NCBI RefSeq assembly: GCF_018350175.1
Contig: NC_058368.1
Location: forward strand, 1,116,001 to 1,180,000
Direction: 5' to 3'
DNA length: 64,000 nt
Source of the DNA: Felis catus
Lineage: Eukaryota
The position numbers were made by a program, and so were the translations under genes. Positions 1 to 13,047 of this stretch are shown one piece after another. The notes under the pieces are model-generated. The model worked only from the letters and a program-made list of their open reading frames with translations. It was not told where the DNA came from and did no database searches. Positions within the stretch are counted from its first letter, which is position 1. Every line of letters starts with the position of its first letter.

Positions 1-199
1 AAATTTTTATCATTTCAGTTTTTCTTTATAACTTGAATAGCATTTTTACTTGTTTTATAACTTAGCTATTCCCCAAAACTAGGATATAGCTTTGTTTTCA
101 GCAAAACAGAATCTTTGTTTTCATTTTAAACTATATTGCTTAAACAAAATAGATTATTTCTTTAAAATTTGTTGGGTTTTTATTTCACCAAATAGAAAC

Positions 200-395
200 T
201 TTTTTTTTTTTTAATGTTTATTTTTGAGAGAGAGAACAGGGGAGGGGCAGAGAAAGGGGGGGGGGGGACAGAGGATCTGAAGCAGGCTCTGTGCTGTCAG
301 CAGACAGCCTGATGTGGGGCTTGAACTCACAAACCGTGATATCATGAGCTGAGCCGAAGTCAGACACTTAACCAACTGAGCCGCCCAGGCACCCC
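200..395 (-). mobile_element. CAN-SINE (SINEC)
   Basis: Reverse GGGGTGCCTGGG head, GA-rich part and T-tail; flanked by CAAATAGAA repeats. Confidence 0.92.
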
Positions 396-570
396 ACAAA
401 TAGAAGTATTTTTGATGAACATGATCAGTGTTGAACAGTAGCAGGTAATTGTTTTAGGCACTTATGATGTGTTTTGAAACACTTTGTTCTTTTTTACCTT
501 TTAAATTGTCAAATTGAAAAGACACTATATGAATAGAGACCAAAAATATTTAATTTGAAACTGTGAATAA

Positions 571-600
571 GTGTGTGTGTGTGTGTGTGTCTGTCTGTCT
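571..600. repeat. (GT)n/(CTGT)n microsatellite
   Basis: Read directly. Confidence 0.95.
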
Positions 601-1124
601 TATTAAAATCTACTTCTAGAAGAGTGAAGATAAGTCACTTGTTGTCCGCTGTATTTTTTCTATATAAGAAAAATGAGTGTATATTTGAGCTTTGTTTAGT
701 CAGATATTACCCAAGAAAATGTTATTAGTTCATATGTCCGTAACAAGGAAAACCATGTCAATGTTAAAACTTCATTATAGTTGCACTTCTAAAGCATGTG
801 AAGACAGACATCATCATAACTTCAAAACTGAAATATTGCTAAAAGAAATATAGAGTAAAATGGCTGAAACATATAGAATATTATTTAGTTCACTTAGTGC
901 AAGTGATTATTGTTAAATGATACTATTTAGGAGAATTCTTGGTGTAGTTCTTGAATGTCTACAGCTCAACATATTAAGTAACATTTTTTAAATAAAAAGA
1001 AGATACTTTCCAAGTTGTAAGAGTTGTGGAGGCTAAGAGTTTTGGTGCACTTCATTATTTCACTGTTGCTTCTGACTAATTTAAGTCTTACAGTTAAGGT
1101 TCAAATTTTAGAAACACACAGGAC

Positions 1125-1358
1125 GGGCGCAAAGGTGGCTCAGTAAGTTGAGTGTCCGACTTCGGCTCAGGTCATGATCTCTGGGTTTGTGAGCTTGAGC
1201 CCTGCATCGGGCTCTGTGCTGACAGCTCAGAGCCTGGATTCTGCTTCGGATTCTGTGTGTCCCTCTCTCTTTGCCCTCCCCTGCTTATGGTCTCTCGCTC
1301 TCTCTCTCGCTCTCGTTCTCAAAAATAAACAAACATTTTTTAAACATTAAAAAAAAAA
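1125..1358 (+). mobile_element. CAN-SINE (SINEC)
   Basis: tRNA-like head, CT-rich part, A tail; TSD AGAAACA(C/T)ACAGGAC. Confidence 0.92.
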
Positions 1359-3833
1359 AGAAACATACAGGACAAACATACTAACACCCTCTAACATGCA
1401 TTTCTTTTAGTCTAAACCAACCTCTTATTTTGTTATAGACAGTGGCAACTTTGAGAACAATCGCTCGTAATGTTACTTTAGTACCTTTAAAACCTCAATT
1501 TTAGTTTAGCACACGTGAACACTGTCCACTGTTTAGGAGGTTTTATTTTTGAAAATTCGTTTTGGGTAACCTCAAAACAGTAAAGTGGCTACAGATGGGA
1601 GAATTCCATTTTATTCTTACGGTTACCTTTTTGATAATTTATTTCATAGTTTGAGAGGCAAACTTGTTACCATGTGATAATGATGATTTCTCTGTTATTT
1701 CACTGTATAAATTTCTGCTTAATTGTGAATCCAAACCTTTAATTAAAAAAAAAATTTTTTTTTTGGAGGATTTTGTTTTTTGTTCAAAGGACACTGACAG
1801 TATTTCTCTGTTTGGCTTCTTTCTTTGAATGAATTCTTGTTTTCCTTTTATATTAAAATAGAGAAATCTTCTGGTGGGTTCTCCCCCTTTTTTTGGGAAA
1901 GCAAAGAAGTGTTCTTTGGCAAATGACCACATTATTCTAGATGTTGCCATTTGTTCCATTTTGCTATTTATTTTAAAGGATAATTGTATCTAATGTTTTT
2001 ATTTATGCACTGTTTAATGAGGAAATTTTGGTGAGGCAGTGCATTTCAGAACATATAAGAACATGTTAGTTTAATAACCAGTTATTATCTGTTGGTTTAA
2101 TGTCAGTATTCTATACCTTAAACACATATTTATTATTTGTCTTATTTTAAGCCCAACAAATGTTTGTATAATATGCACTATAACATTATCATATACTATA
2201 CTAATCTGAGGAATAAAGGTAAGAACATTTTTGTCATGTGGTAGGGATTTTTAAAGCAAGTAATGACGATTTTTCTGTGTAATCAGTAGGAATACCAGCT
2301 TTGAGATGAAGAGTTGCCCCCCTCATTCATCATAGGCTTCTCTGTGAAGGCAGCCAACACTGTAATCAGGGAATACGTTTGCTCTGTGTGCTTTCTACTT
2401 GAGTCACGTTGTATTTTCTTACACCTCCCATGAGTCTCTTCTGTTCACTGCTAGCATCCTGTCATCCTCTCAAAAACATAGTAAGTTGAGTCACCACCAA
2501 ATTTTGATTATTTTGACCTTCTTTCCTCTTCCACTTTTGAAATTTAAGAACTCAAAAGTTTTACATTTTTAGTTCTTTAAAACATGAGACCCTTTGTACA
2601 GTCCATCCAGCTTTTATTAGAAAAATCATTTTTTAAAAAGTGTGGCATCAAGGAAACTTTGAAAGCAACGGCTAGCCAACCCAGTTTAACTTCACCTTTA
2701 GTCATGAGCATTGCTACCTAACCAGAGGAGCACATACATTGCAGTTTCCACCTTCTCTTAGCTTTGTGCTTCAGCTGGAGAGACTATCTAGAGTACAAGT
2801 AACTTTATGTTTTTATTTATTTAAATTAAATATTTATAATTCTTACGCCTTAACATTTTTTGGCTTATGTTTGTTTTACTGGACAAGATGTTTTGAATGA
2901 TCTGTTTTTGGCATTATAATGGTTTACATTTGGATTTAAATAGAGGCTTATTAAATACTCTTCTCTTCTAAATTGGAACACATGCAACCAAAAGATGTTG
3001 AGAATAAAATTAACAAACATTTTTTTCTTCTCCCAGATAATTCTTTAGAAGGAAGTAGATTTTACTTTTCCTCAAAATAAATGTTTCCAGGCATATTGTG
3101 AAACCAGGTGGGAAGATAGTTCTTCGATCTCTATAAGTTAAAAATTTGGGGAGAGAAAGGAGTTAGTATTATAATGGAGTGTGATATGTTTAATGTAAAG
3201 TTAATTTAAAAGACCTACTGTTTCTTCAGAATACTTCACAGTACTTAGTAGAACTAATAATCTTGATTTAAATGTTATTACTTCAAATTACAGTGTTTTA
3301 ACACAGGTTTTGACTTGTTGTCCAAACCAGTAGTAAATGGTAGGGGTATTAAAGGCTTTAATGTGAATACCCTCTGATAGTATAAAAGTATGATTTATGG
3401 GTTTTGATCAAATTAATACTTCTGTTTTAGTAAATCTGAGTCATAAAAGGAGCTCAGTAAAAAAGATTGGGCTTTAAAAATTTTGTCTTTTGTAAAAAAA
3501 AAATTGCTGTAAGTACTGATTTTAAAAGATTATTTGTTTTTGAAATAATTTTAGAAAGGGAATATCTAATATTCTTACTTTAGATACGCTTTTTGGATAA
3601 CTGAAGAATTCCTAGCACTTTAGATCTGATTGATAAAATAGGAAACAAGTAGATACGAAAGTTACAAAGATGTATATATATCACCCAAAAATGAGAATTT
3701 GAAATGGCCAAATAATAGGGACTGCATCAGTACAGGCTGAATGAATAACCCTTTGTCAGTTACTGAAGGAGAAATTCCTGTATTAGCTGAGATGTTGGAT
3801 TAAGAGTTTTGAATTAAGAATTTAGCACCTGCG

Positions 3834-4057
3834 GGGGCGCCTGGGTGGCGCAGTCAGTTAAGCGTCCGACTTCAGCCAGGTCACGATCTCGCCGTCCGTG
3901 AGTTCGAGCCCCGCGTCGGGCTCTGGGCTGATGGCTCAGAGCCTGGAGCCTGTTTCCGATTCTGTGTCTCCCTCTCTCTCTGCCCCTCCCCCGTTCATGC
4001 TCTGTCTCTCTCTGTCCCAAAAATAAATAAACGTTGAAAAAAAATTAAAAAAAAAAA
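3834..4057 (+). mobile_element. Young felid SINEC_Fc
   Basis: GGGGCGCCTGGGTGGCGCAGTC head with CpGs intact; perfect 18-bp TSD AAGAATTTAGCACCTGCG (3816-3833 and 4058-4075). Confidence 0.95.
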
Positions 4058-6754
4058 AAGAATTTAGCACCTGCGTATTTAGGTTGTTTGAACTGTTGAC
4101 TGTTACCCACTTTCCCCCCCCCCCCCCAACCCCGACCCCTTATAACAGACAATCCCTGATTTTCCACAGTGACAGGGAAACCACTAAGTAGATGATGAAG
4201 TGGTATTTTTTTAAACCAGCAATTAAGTCATACTTCAGTTCTTTTGCATAGAAATGTTCAGCTTTTCTAAGAGTTCTCTTCTGTGGTTGGGAAGAAGTGG
4301 TTTTGGTAAAGGAATGATGGTCATTTTTAACCATGTTTCCCAATTAGTCATTGTATTTGAAGCTCAATTCCAAACACTTGCATCCAGAATTTGCATGAGT
4401 GGTTGTAAAAGAAAAAAACCAAATGGAAAAAAGGTTTACAACTTTTAAAACAGATTATGGCATTAAATTTGGGATTAGGATTGAGTACTGCTATTATCCT
4501 TCCATCTGAAAATGTGTATACACGTTTTGTTTCCATTTGCACATTGGCATTAATTTTGCTCCTCTTCAGATACAGAGAAATCAAATTAATTCAAACAAAT
4601 TCAAATTGTTTTGAATCTTTCTGGAAGAAAGGAGCTTCAAGCACAAAATCCAAATGTCTATAGTAATCATGAAGTGATTTCATTGTTCAGATTCTTTGAA
4701 TATAATGTGCTGGGCTTTATGTCCTTGACCTTCTAAATTACTGTGGAAATGGAAGTATTTTAAGAGTTAGCATAGTATAGGTAGTGATTTGAGTAAGTTT
4801 TACACAGATTGATTTGGGTTTTAGATATTACATGGAGAACCTTGCAGCATTTTACTTGTGTTAGGATTTGTATTCTCTGGTTAACTCATATTAATTCATT
4901 TTGTCTTTCCATTGTCTTTGTAACTTGTTTGATTTGGATTGTCTGCCTTGAATCCTGTCTCTGCATTTTTAATGTTTGACCTTACACAAGTCACTTGATC
5001 TGTTTGGACTTTAGTTTCCAGCATTGTGTTGAGGATTCCAGGGAGTAGATACGACATGCGGGGCTTTTATTTTTCAGGTTCTCGAATGAGGTAGTAAGGC
5101 AACAACTTCACTTATGCTATGTTCTTACACTGTTTAGACTCAATGGTTAGAAGGTTAAGCTTTTGATTTCTTCCTTTGAGCTTTGTCTTTTAGTGTAAAA
5201 TGTGAAAAGGGAACCAAACACTGAAGCTTTTAATACTTCAGAGGTTATTTTAAAGAACAGCTTTTGGGTGGTGACCGGGGACCTTTTTCTTTATTGAGTA
5301 AAATATGACCTGGGTGATAGTAAGTGCTAATTATACTGAAGTTACCACATAGTCTTACCAGCAATATAAAATTTGAGGTCACAGTTTTTTGGACAAGAGA
5401 TGTGATATTGGCATCACTTAATAGTCATAATTTATACTACAAATCTTCATTCATTTAACATTTATTCAGCAGGAGAAATACCTGACCTGGAGAAAAAAAA
5501 GAGCCTGTGTTCTAACCTTGGGGTATGTTTGTTATATAAGACCTGTTTATCAACAAAATCATTTGTAATATTCCTGACTAGGAATTTTGATACAGTATTT
5601 ATTCATAGAACTCCTATTGAAACATAAAATGAGAGATTTCAAAACCCACAGTATAGAACCATAGATTACGTAGAGTAACGAGGAAAAACCACGTGATTAT
5701 TATGAACGTAATATGTATTGCTTTATCAAAACTTATAAGTTGTTAAACCAAAGGGTGATTTAAGAAATATGGTAATTTATTTCTACTTTAACTGGATCAA
5801 ATACTTAATTATGAAAAGAACTGTATTTGAAATTAACCATTCATATCCTTTGGTCCACTCATTGATCAAGTTGTTAAGAATTAGTGAAAATAGGCAAAAT
5901 TTAGGGGATCACTAAAAAATAAAAATCTGTCTCTCTATTATGGATTCACCATCATAAGGTTTAACTTTTTATGTATGGATTTTATTTTTGTTTTGTGGGT
6001 TTTTTTTTCCTCTTTCTTTTTTCTTTTTTTCTTTTCTTTTTTTTTGCCTGTGAAGTTGTTAGACTAGTTGAGGGTGAATTGTGTTCCTAGAGGTAGGTCA
6101 AATTTGTTGTCTTAAAGTATAATTATTTTTCAATCAATTAAATATTTTGAGTATTTGAAACATGAACTTGAAGTTCTTGTTAATAGTTAAATCAGTGTAT
6201 TTAATAAAGCTCTTTAAATTTATTAAACTGTTGAATACACTTCAACTTAACACGCATGATTTTCTCATAAGAGCTTGTTTCAGAGTTTTTCTGGTCTTAC
6301 ACAACTTCTTTAAATTGATTTTTCATGAGCTATCAGTTGAACGCAGGAAATCTGTTTATTACTCAGAGATTTTCAGTGTAATGATTGTAGAAAACTTCTA
6401 CAGTATGTCATTAGAGTCCTCAAAATTATTTTAAAATATTAAAATATACTGTACCTATTTGGTCTACCAATGTTCACTTTTTTAGGTTATCCTATCTTTG
6501 TAATGCTGGTCTTTAACTTCTGGTAAGTATAGAAAGGATTTTGATAATTAGGTAAATTGCTACAGTTTTTTCACTTTTATTGTGGATTTTATTGTATGTT
6601 TATGATTCATACCATTTTTTATCAGAAATTGTTTTATCACATTTGGCAGAATTACTGATAAACTTTTAGAAATCTTTTAAAATATATATCTGACTTTAAA
6701 ATTTTTCTAATTTGAAATGTCTGATACCTTCCTTTTTTTTTTTTTTTAATTAAG

Positions 6755-6920
6755 GCTGCAAGGTGTGACTGTTGTAAATCTCAAGGAACACTTAAAGAGA
6801 GAGTGCAGTGGCGTGGGGAGATGAAACATTTCTGTGATCAACACTGCTTACTACGTTTCTACTGTCAGCAAAATGAGCCCAACATGACAACTCAGAAAGG
6901 ACCTGAAAACTTACATTATG
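6755..6920 (+). CDS. ZMYM2: ZMYM2 exon: last MYM-type zinc finger (CDCC...FCDQHC)
   Basis: T-tract + taag|GCT...TAT G|gtatgt; [55 protein letters not shown]. Confidence 0.96.
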
Positions 6921-9900
6921 GTATGTAATAATTTAGGTGGTAACTTGAAAAACCTGTACAGCAGTGTTTAGTTTCTAACTGATCTGAATTCAAAGTAATG
7001 ATAATGAATAGTTGATTTTTGACATAGTTTACTAGCAGATTTCATAGTTTTTCTGGGTGGAAGTGCCCCACGTGATATTTCTGTAGATTTATTGCTTTTT
7101 ATTTTATCCTCTTTTAAAACTTTAGTGCTAGTTAAAAGCAATGCAATTCTGAATGAAAACCATTTTTTAGCACATCGTATATGCTGAAACTCGGTTCGGA
7201 GGAACAATAAAAACTCTTTACAAGTTGTGACTTATTGAAGAGTTAAACATAAGAACATAGTATTGACCCCAAAGCAGCGAATACTTTTTGAGAGGACAAA
7301 ATGGGAAAAGGGTTAATTCCACTTATTTAGCTTTGTGTCGCAGCTCTCACATTTGATATTCTTTACTTAAAATAGCTTAAAATATTTTCTTCATTAACTC
7401 TTTTTAAAAATCAGTAACATTTAATGAGAAATACAGATTTAGAACATTGTGCAGAAAGTGTTACTTGTCTTATTTTTAATTTGTTTGTTTTTAGATCAGG
7501 GTTGTCAGACGTCCCGAACCAAAATGACAGTAAGTATCATTTAAGTAAAGTACTAAGTGTTGATTTTTTAATGTGGGTATAAATAAAGAGTCCAATTTAA
7601 TCTGATCATAATAATAAAATAATTTTACTTTCCCCTGTTGGGACAGTTGAAGTATTCAGCTGAAGTACCCAGCATTAACACAGATACTTTGAATTACTTA
7701 TGGTCTCTACCCACATTGGAGGAGATAGACATATAAATGGTATTGAAGTTGAAGTGCCTGTAATCTTTAAGGCAGTAGCAATAGTATGTTTGAAATGATT
7801 GACTGAATGATTGTGTCTGTTCCTGGTGGCTGTGAAAAAACTTCTCAACAATTTAGTAGAAGGTTGCCAGGTAGAAAGGGATGAAAAGTAGGAGAAATGT
7901 GCTAAGGGCCTGCGTAACTATTCATTAGGGCCAAACTTAAGGGGGACCTGTGGTGAACTCAAGGGAAATGAGGGTAAAAAGATGGGCTGGGCCAGATTAT
8001 TAATGGCTTTGAGCATATATTTCTCCAATAGGTATCTGAAGATCTATGTTGGGGCCCAGAACTTGTGAGTTTTTAAATATGAGAAATAACTTTCATAACA
8101 TGTCCTGTGGACTTTTTTTCTTTTTTCTTTAGCCTTTTGGTGTAATACATCAAATTCTGCTTTATGTTAGCATTTTAAGACTTTTGTAGTTTGAAAGTGG
8201 CGGCCATTTGAGTAATGAATAAAGAGAGGAAGCAAAGTTTTGCTATACTTTGAAGCACATTGAGATACCCTTTTGTATGCTGAGTAACAATAATCACCAG
8301 TGTTGGAATGCAGGTATTTCTGGTATGCTTACCCAAGGGAACCTCTATAGGAGTCATTTATTGGCATTATGTTAACCCTCTGAGGTAGTTTTTATCTTGG
8401 TAAGAAAGAATAAATCAGTGGTTCTTAGCTCTGGCTACACATTAGAATCACTTGAGGAGTTTTCAGAACTTTCCAATGCCTACGCCCCAACTCAGAAATT
8501 CTGCATTTTTAGAAAGTTCTTGAGGTGATTTTAATATGTAACCACAATTTAGGATCACTGACATTGATGAAAAATTGGTGATTTTACATTATTCCATTCA
8601 GTTTTTGCTTGTGATGTTAATAGTTAGAATCCTAGAAAGTACGAGTGCTTTCTCCTTTGCTTTCCTCCCCTATACGTCATTCCCTCTGCCTTGTGGAAAA
8701 TTATATTTAAAATCAGATAATTCGTAAATACTTTGAAGACTTCGGCTGAATCCTCTGATTTCAATACCAGGCACTTTTATCCGAAATGAGGAATATAAGG
8801 ATGGCCACTCCCTATTTTGTTAACTTTGTACAGCCATAAGGCAGTTTCTAGCCTTGTTTCAAAGGCTGTAAGGCACCCCTTCTACCAGCACAGTATTAAA
8901 TACTTTTTTCCTCTCAGAGCACTTGAGCCACATTATTATGACAGACAGGATGGTCTAGGGGAGAGTAAGTCAGTGTGCCGCCGCAGCTATTACCTTTTGT
9001 CTTACTAAAGCCCTCTCCCATTTTTTCCTTGTAAGCTTTTGGAATCTTAATTCCTCACCCATGAACTTCAAAGGGTGAGAGCCTAGCTGTATAATTTTGG
9101 ACAAGTCCCTTCACAGAAGTTCTCTGTGAATTTCCTTATTTGTAAAATGGGGATGAAGATAGTGCCTGCTTCAGGGTTATCACATAGTAAGTATTAAACA
9201 CATGATAGCTGCTATGTTCCAGACCTCATAAAGGCGGTATGTATGGTAGTTAAGAACATGGGCTTTGTTGTTAGATGAATTTACTTGAGTCCTGACTTCA
9301 GAATTTTTAGCTCTGTCATTGTTACCAGGTTGTTAATTTCCGAGCCTTAGTTTTCTCATCTGTAAAGTGGGAGTGATTAAGTGACTTACTTCTTGTAATG
9401 TTACAAGAATTAAATAACCCATTTCATGAGTTATGTAAATTTGGTGCATTACATAATGTCTTAGCCCATTTGAGCTGTTGTAACACAATGCCCTAGATGA
9501 GATGACTTACGAGTAACAGAAATTCTCACAGCTCTGAAGGCTGGGAAGTCTAAAATCAAGTTGCTAGTGTCTGGTGAAGGCTCGCTTCCAGGTTTATGAA
9601 CAATTATCTTTTCACCGTGTCTTCATATGGTGGAAAGGGGTGAGGAATCTCTAGGATTTTTTGGGTTTTTTTAAGTTTATTTATTTTGAAAGGGAGAGAG
9701 AGAGAATCCCAAGCAGGCTCCACATTCTCAGTGCGGAGCCCAAGGCAGGGCTTGATCTCACGAACCATGAGATCATGACCTGTGCCAAAATCAGGAGTCG
9801 GATGCTTAACAGACTGAGCCCCCAGGCACCCCAGAATTTCTTTTATGAGGGCATTAATCCATTCATGAGGGCTCTGCTTTCATGACATAATCACCACCTA

Positions 9901-12900
9901 ATGACCACACCTTCACATGCCATCACATTGGGTATTAGATTTCAACATATGAATTTTAGGAGGATACAAACATTATAGCACATAGTCCTTGTCATGAAGC
10001 AAATACTCAACAATTGGTAGCTTTTGTCATTATAATTTTCATTGTTTTGGGTCCTCCTTCAGTATTTATTTTTTTGAGTTTTTATTTATTTATGTTGAGA
10101 GAGAGAGCGCGTCAGCTGGGAAGGGGCAGAGAGAGAGAGAATCCCAAGCAGGCTCCGCAGAGTCAGCACAGAGCCCAACGTAAGGCTCGAACTCACGAGA
10201 CTGTGAGATCATGACCCAGTCAAAATCAGGAGTCAGACCCTTAGCTGACTGAGCCACCCAGGTGCCCCAGGTGACATAGTTTAATTGACATGATGTAATG
10301 TTTCTAGAATGACAGGAAGTAAAACATGGAGTAATCTAGGACATACATGATTTTGGACCCCTTATTCTTATGTGGGGATTCTAGAGTATTTTGCAGTTTG
10401 GACCGAACTTACCTAGTCTTAGTATATAATAGATACACAATAACTCTATGTTAAATTATTCTTTCCATTTTACAGTTGAGGAAATTGAGACATGAGATTG
10501 AGTCAGTTGCCTGATGTTAACACAGCAGTAGTGTTAGAAATAAATTCCCTAGGTTCTTGTTCACAGCTCTTTTTCTTAGCTGATTAATTATGTGGTTTGA
10601 AATCCTGATGAATCTAGAATAAGCTCATACTAGTACCAGCCCTGTGGCCATATGTATTAGTTTTTAAAAATTTATATCTTTCCATATCTTAAAATATGCA
10701 CAGATAAATTTATTAAACAGTGATAATGTTTTAAGTACAATTGATCATCATTCATATTTGCAAATTTGCCTCTTCTCTAAAATTTATTTGTAACCCCTAA
10801 ATCAATGCCCATGACACTTTTCAAAGACATGTGCAGACATGTGCAGAGTGGTAAAAAAAAATGTGAATTTCCTGAAGTGCATCTTCCTACTGAGGTGTGG
10901 AACAAGGCAGAGCTTTCCCTTCTTGTCAGCTCATCTTGTAAACAGGTCTCCTTTTCATAGTCTAATTAGTGTACCACCTTTATCATATTTTGTCCTTTTT
11001 ATTGGTGATTTTGCTTCATAAAAGATCCCCTAAACATAGTATTAAAGTGCTGGCTAGTGTTCCTAAGCACAAGAAGGCTGCTTTTTGCCTTACAGAGGAA
11101 ATAAGGTGTGTTAGGTGAGCTTCATTCAGTTTACAGTGAGTTTAATGTTCGTGAATCAACAATATGGTATACCCAGAAAAAAGGAATAAGAAATTCACCA
11201 ATCTGTAGATGAGGCAACTCCAAGTGCTAAAATAAAACCTATAGTGCATGGTGAAGCTGTGGAAAAGAAGGAATAGTGACTCTATTTATGGATTCATGGA
11301 CTTAGGACTAATTAAAAAGAAAACCAAAAAACAATGAAATAGCATTGTGGTGAGACTTTGAGCTTACAACACGTTTCCCAGGATCAGGGCAATGTTAAAC
11401 GCTCCTTGCCTCCCGCTGGCTGGCTCACGCATTTTAAGGAAAAATGGTGTGAAAAATGTTAAACTTGCAGGCAAGGTGGGTTCTGCAGATCAGAACCAGG
11501 ATGCTGTGGAAGAATACCAGCTAAGTGATAACACAGGAAGAAGGGATATCCAGACAAGCAGGTTTTCCACACTGATGAGACTGGCTTGCTTTCACAAGGT
11601 CAGTGGCAGATGAACCCATATAATACAAGTGGTGTCCAAAGCCCCTGACCTTTAGGTCATTTAGAGACCATACAACCTTGCTAGAGTGTGCCAGTGCCAA
11701 GAGTGGTTTTATGTGTAAATCCTTCGTGGTGCATAGAGCCCCAAATCCATGAGCGCTTACAGGGAAAAACTGAACTGTGTGCCAGCCCATTGGAGGTGGG
11801 ACAGAATGCATGAATGGTTATCTAAAATATTCTGGGATTGGTTCTCCCAACTGCTTCATCCTAGAGGTTGAACATGGTTTTCAGAATGAAAACCTTGCCT
11901 TTGAGATTTTATTCCTGGATAATATCCATTGCCTTGAAGAACTCAAAAATGCCTATCTCAGTGTAGTTCCTTTTATGCCCCCAAACACTGTGTCTCCCAT
12001 CCACCCCCTCGATCAGGGCACACTTAAAGCTTTCAAGGCCTACTTCATGAGAAAGCTTTTGAGGCTCTCAACACCAACAAGGAAGCCACCCTGATAGATT
12101 ACTGGAAGTCAGTCACCATACGCAATGTGATTGTTTTGGCACAGCGTAGGACAGCATCGAGCAGGCTACTGTGAATAATTGTTGGGGAAATGTTTGACCA
12201 GACTGCGTTGAAAAGTTTCAGAGGCTTTGAAGGTGTTACAGAAAATAAAAAGAACAGTGTTAAAAACATAATGTGTGTTGCACCAAGTAAGTGAAGAAGG
12301 CTTTGGGGCCATGCAGGAAGAAGATGTGGAGGAAATTTTGGTAGAGAAGGCAGTAGAGCCACCGAAGAAGACCTGGACAAGATGACCAAAAAAGGCATCA
12401 GATTCAGTGATGCAAGTCAGCCTAAGACTCCCAAGAATTGCTCTTCTAACAGTGGCCAAAATACTGGAATGGAATTCTGCCTTGGGAAAAATTGTCAGTG
12501 ACACACATGGAAGAATGTGACTCTGTGCTTGAACAAAGCCTCAAATTTAACACCACTGTGTTTGCCCCTTACGTCAAGACGCTTAAAAGATTTGAGGTGA
12601 GAAGTTAAGCAGACAAGGCTGACTTAATTCTTTGAAGCCAGTTTGGGAGGGAAAGTTGCTGATATTGTCCACAAGTTGCAAGAACCAAACTCTTGAGGTA
12701 GAACTGCCAGGTGTCACCATGTCACCCTCATCGACTTCTTCCTCTTCTGCAGAATAATTGTCAACAACCTTTCCCTTGGTTTTTATGGGCACGCCAAAGG
12801 TTGAGAGGTTTAACCACACAGTGCACTGCCCCATTGTACATCCTGCAGGTCCACTAAGAGTAAGACGTTAATGTTTTTATAAAACTTTAAATGTTTAATC

Positions 12901-13003
12901 TTTGGTTTTTTTCCTAGGACTTTATTTGCATTAGTGTACAATATATAGTGTGTGTTAACAGGACTGAGTATGAGTACTGTATGGTATGTGTGTATTGTAT
13001 CTG

Positions 13004-13047
<44 letters not shown>

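Noticed and set aside
1679..1800. ATGATGA...CTGA resembling a C/D box snoRNA
   Set aside because: No terminal stem or recognisable guide, the interior contains A/T homopolymers, and such motifs are frequent by chance.
3834..3915. tRNA-like A and B boxes (GTGGCGCAGTC...GAGTTCGAGCCC)
   Set aside because: Head of a tRNA-derived SINE, followed by a CT-rich part, an A tail and a TSD; not a tRNA gene.
1..6754. Search for further upstream ZMYM2 zinc-finger exons
   Set aside because: No Cys-rich MYM-finger coding segment with splice sites found; treated as intron.
11777..12094. 105-aa ORF with a DDE transposase motif as a possible domesticated gene
   Set aside because: A fragment between frameshifts and stops in a decayed Tigger element, without an intact HTH or first catalytic segment in frame.
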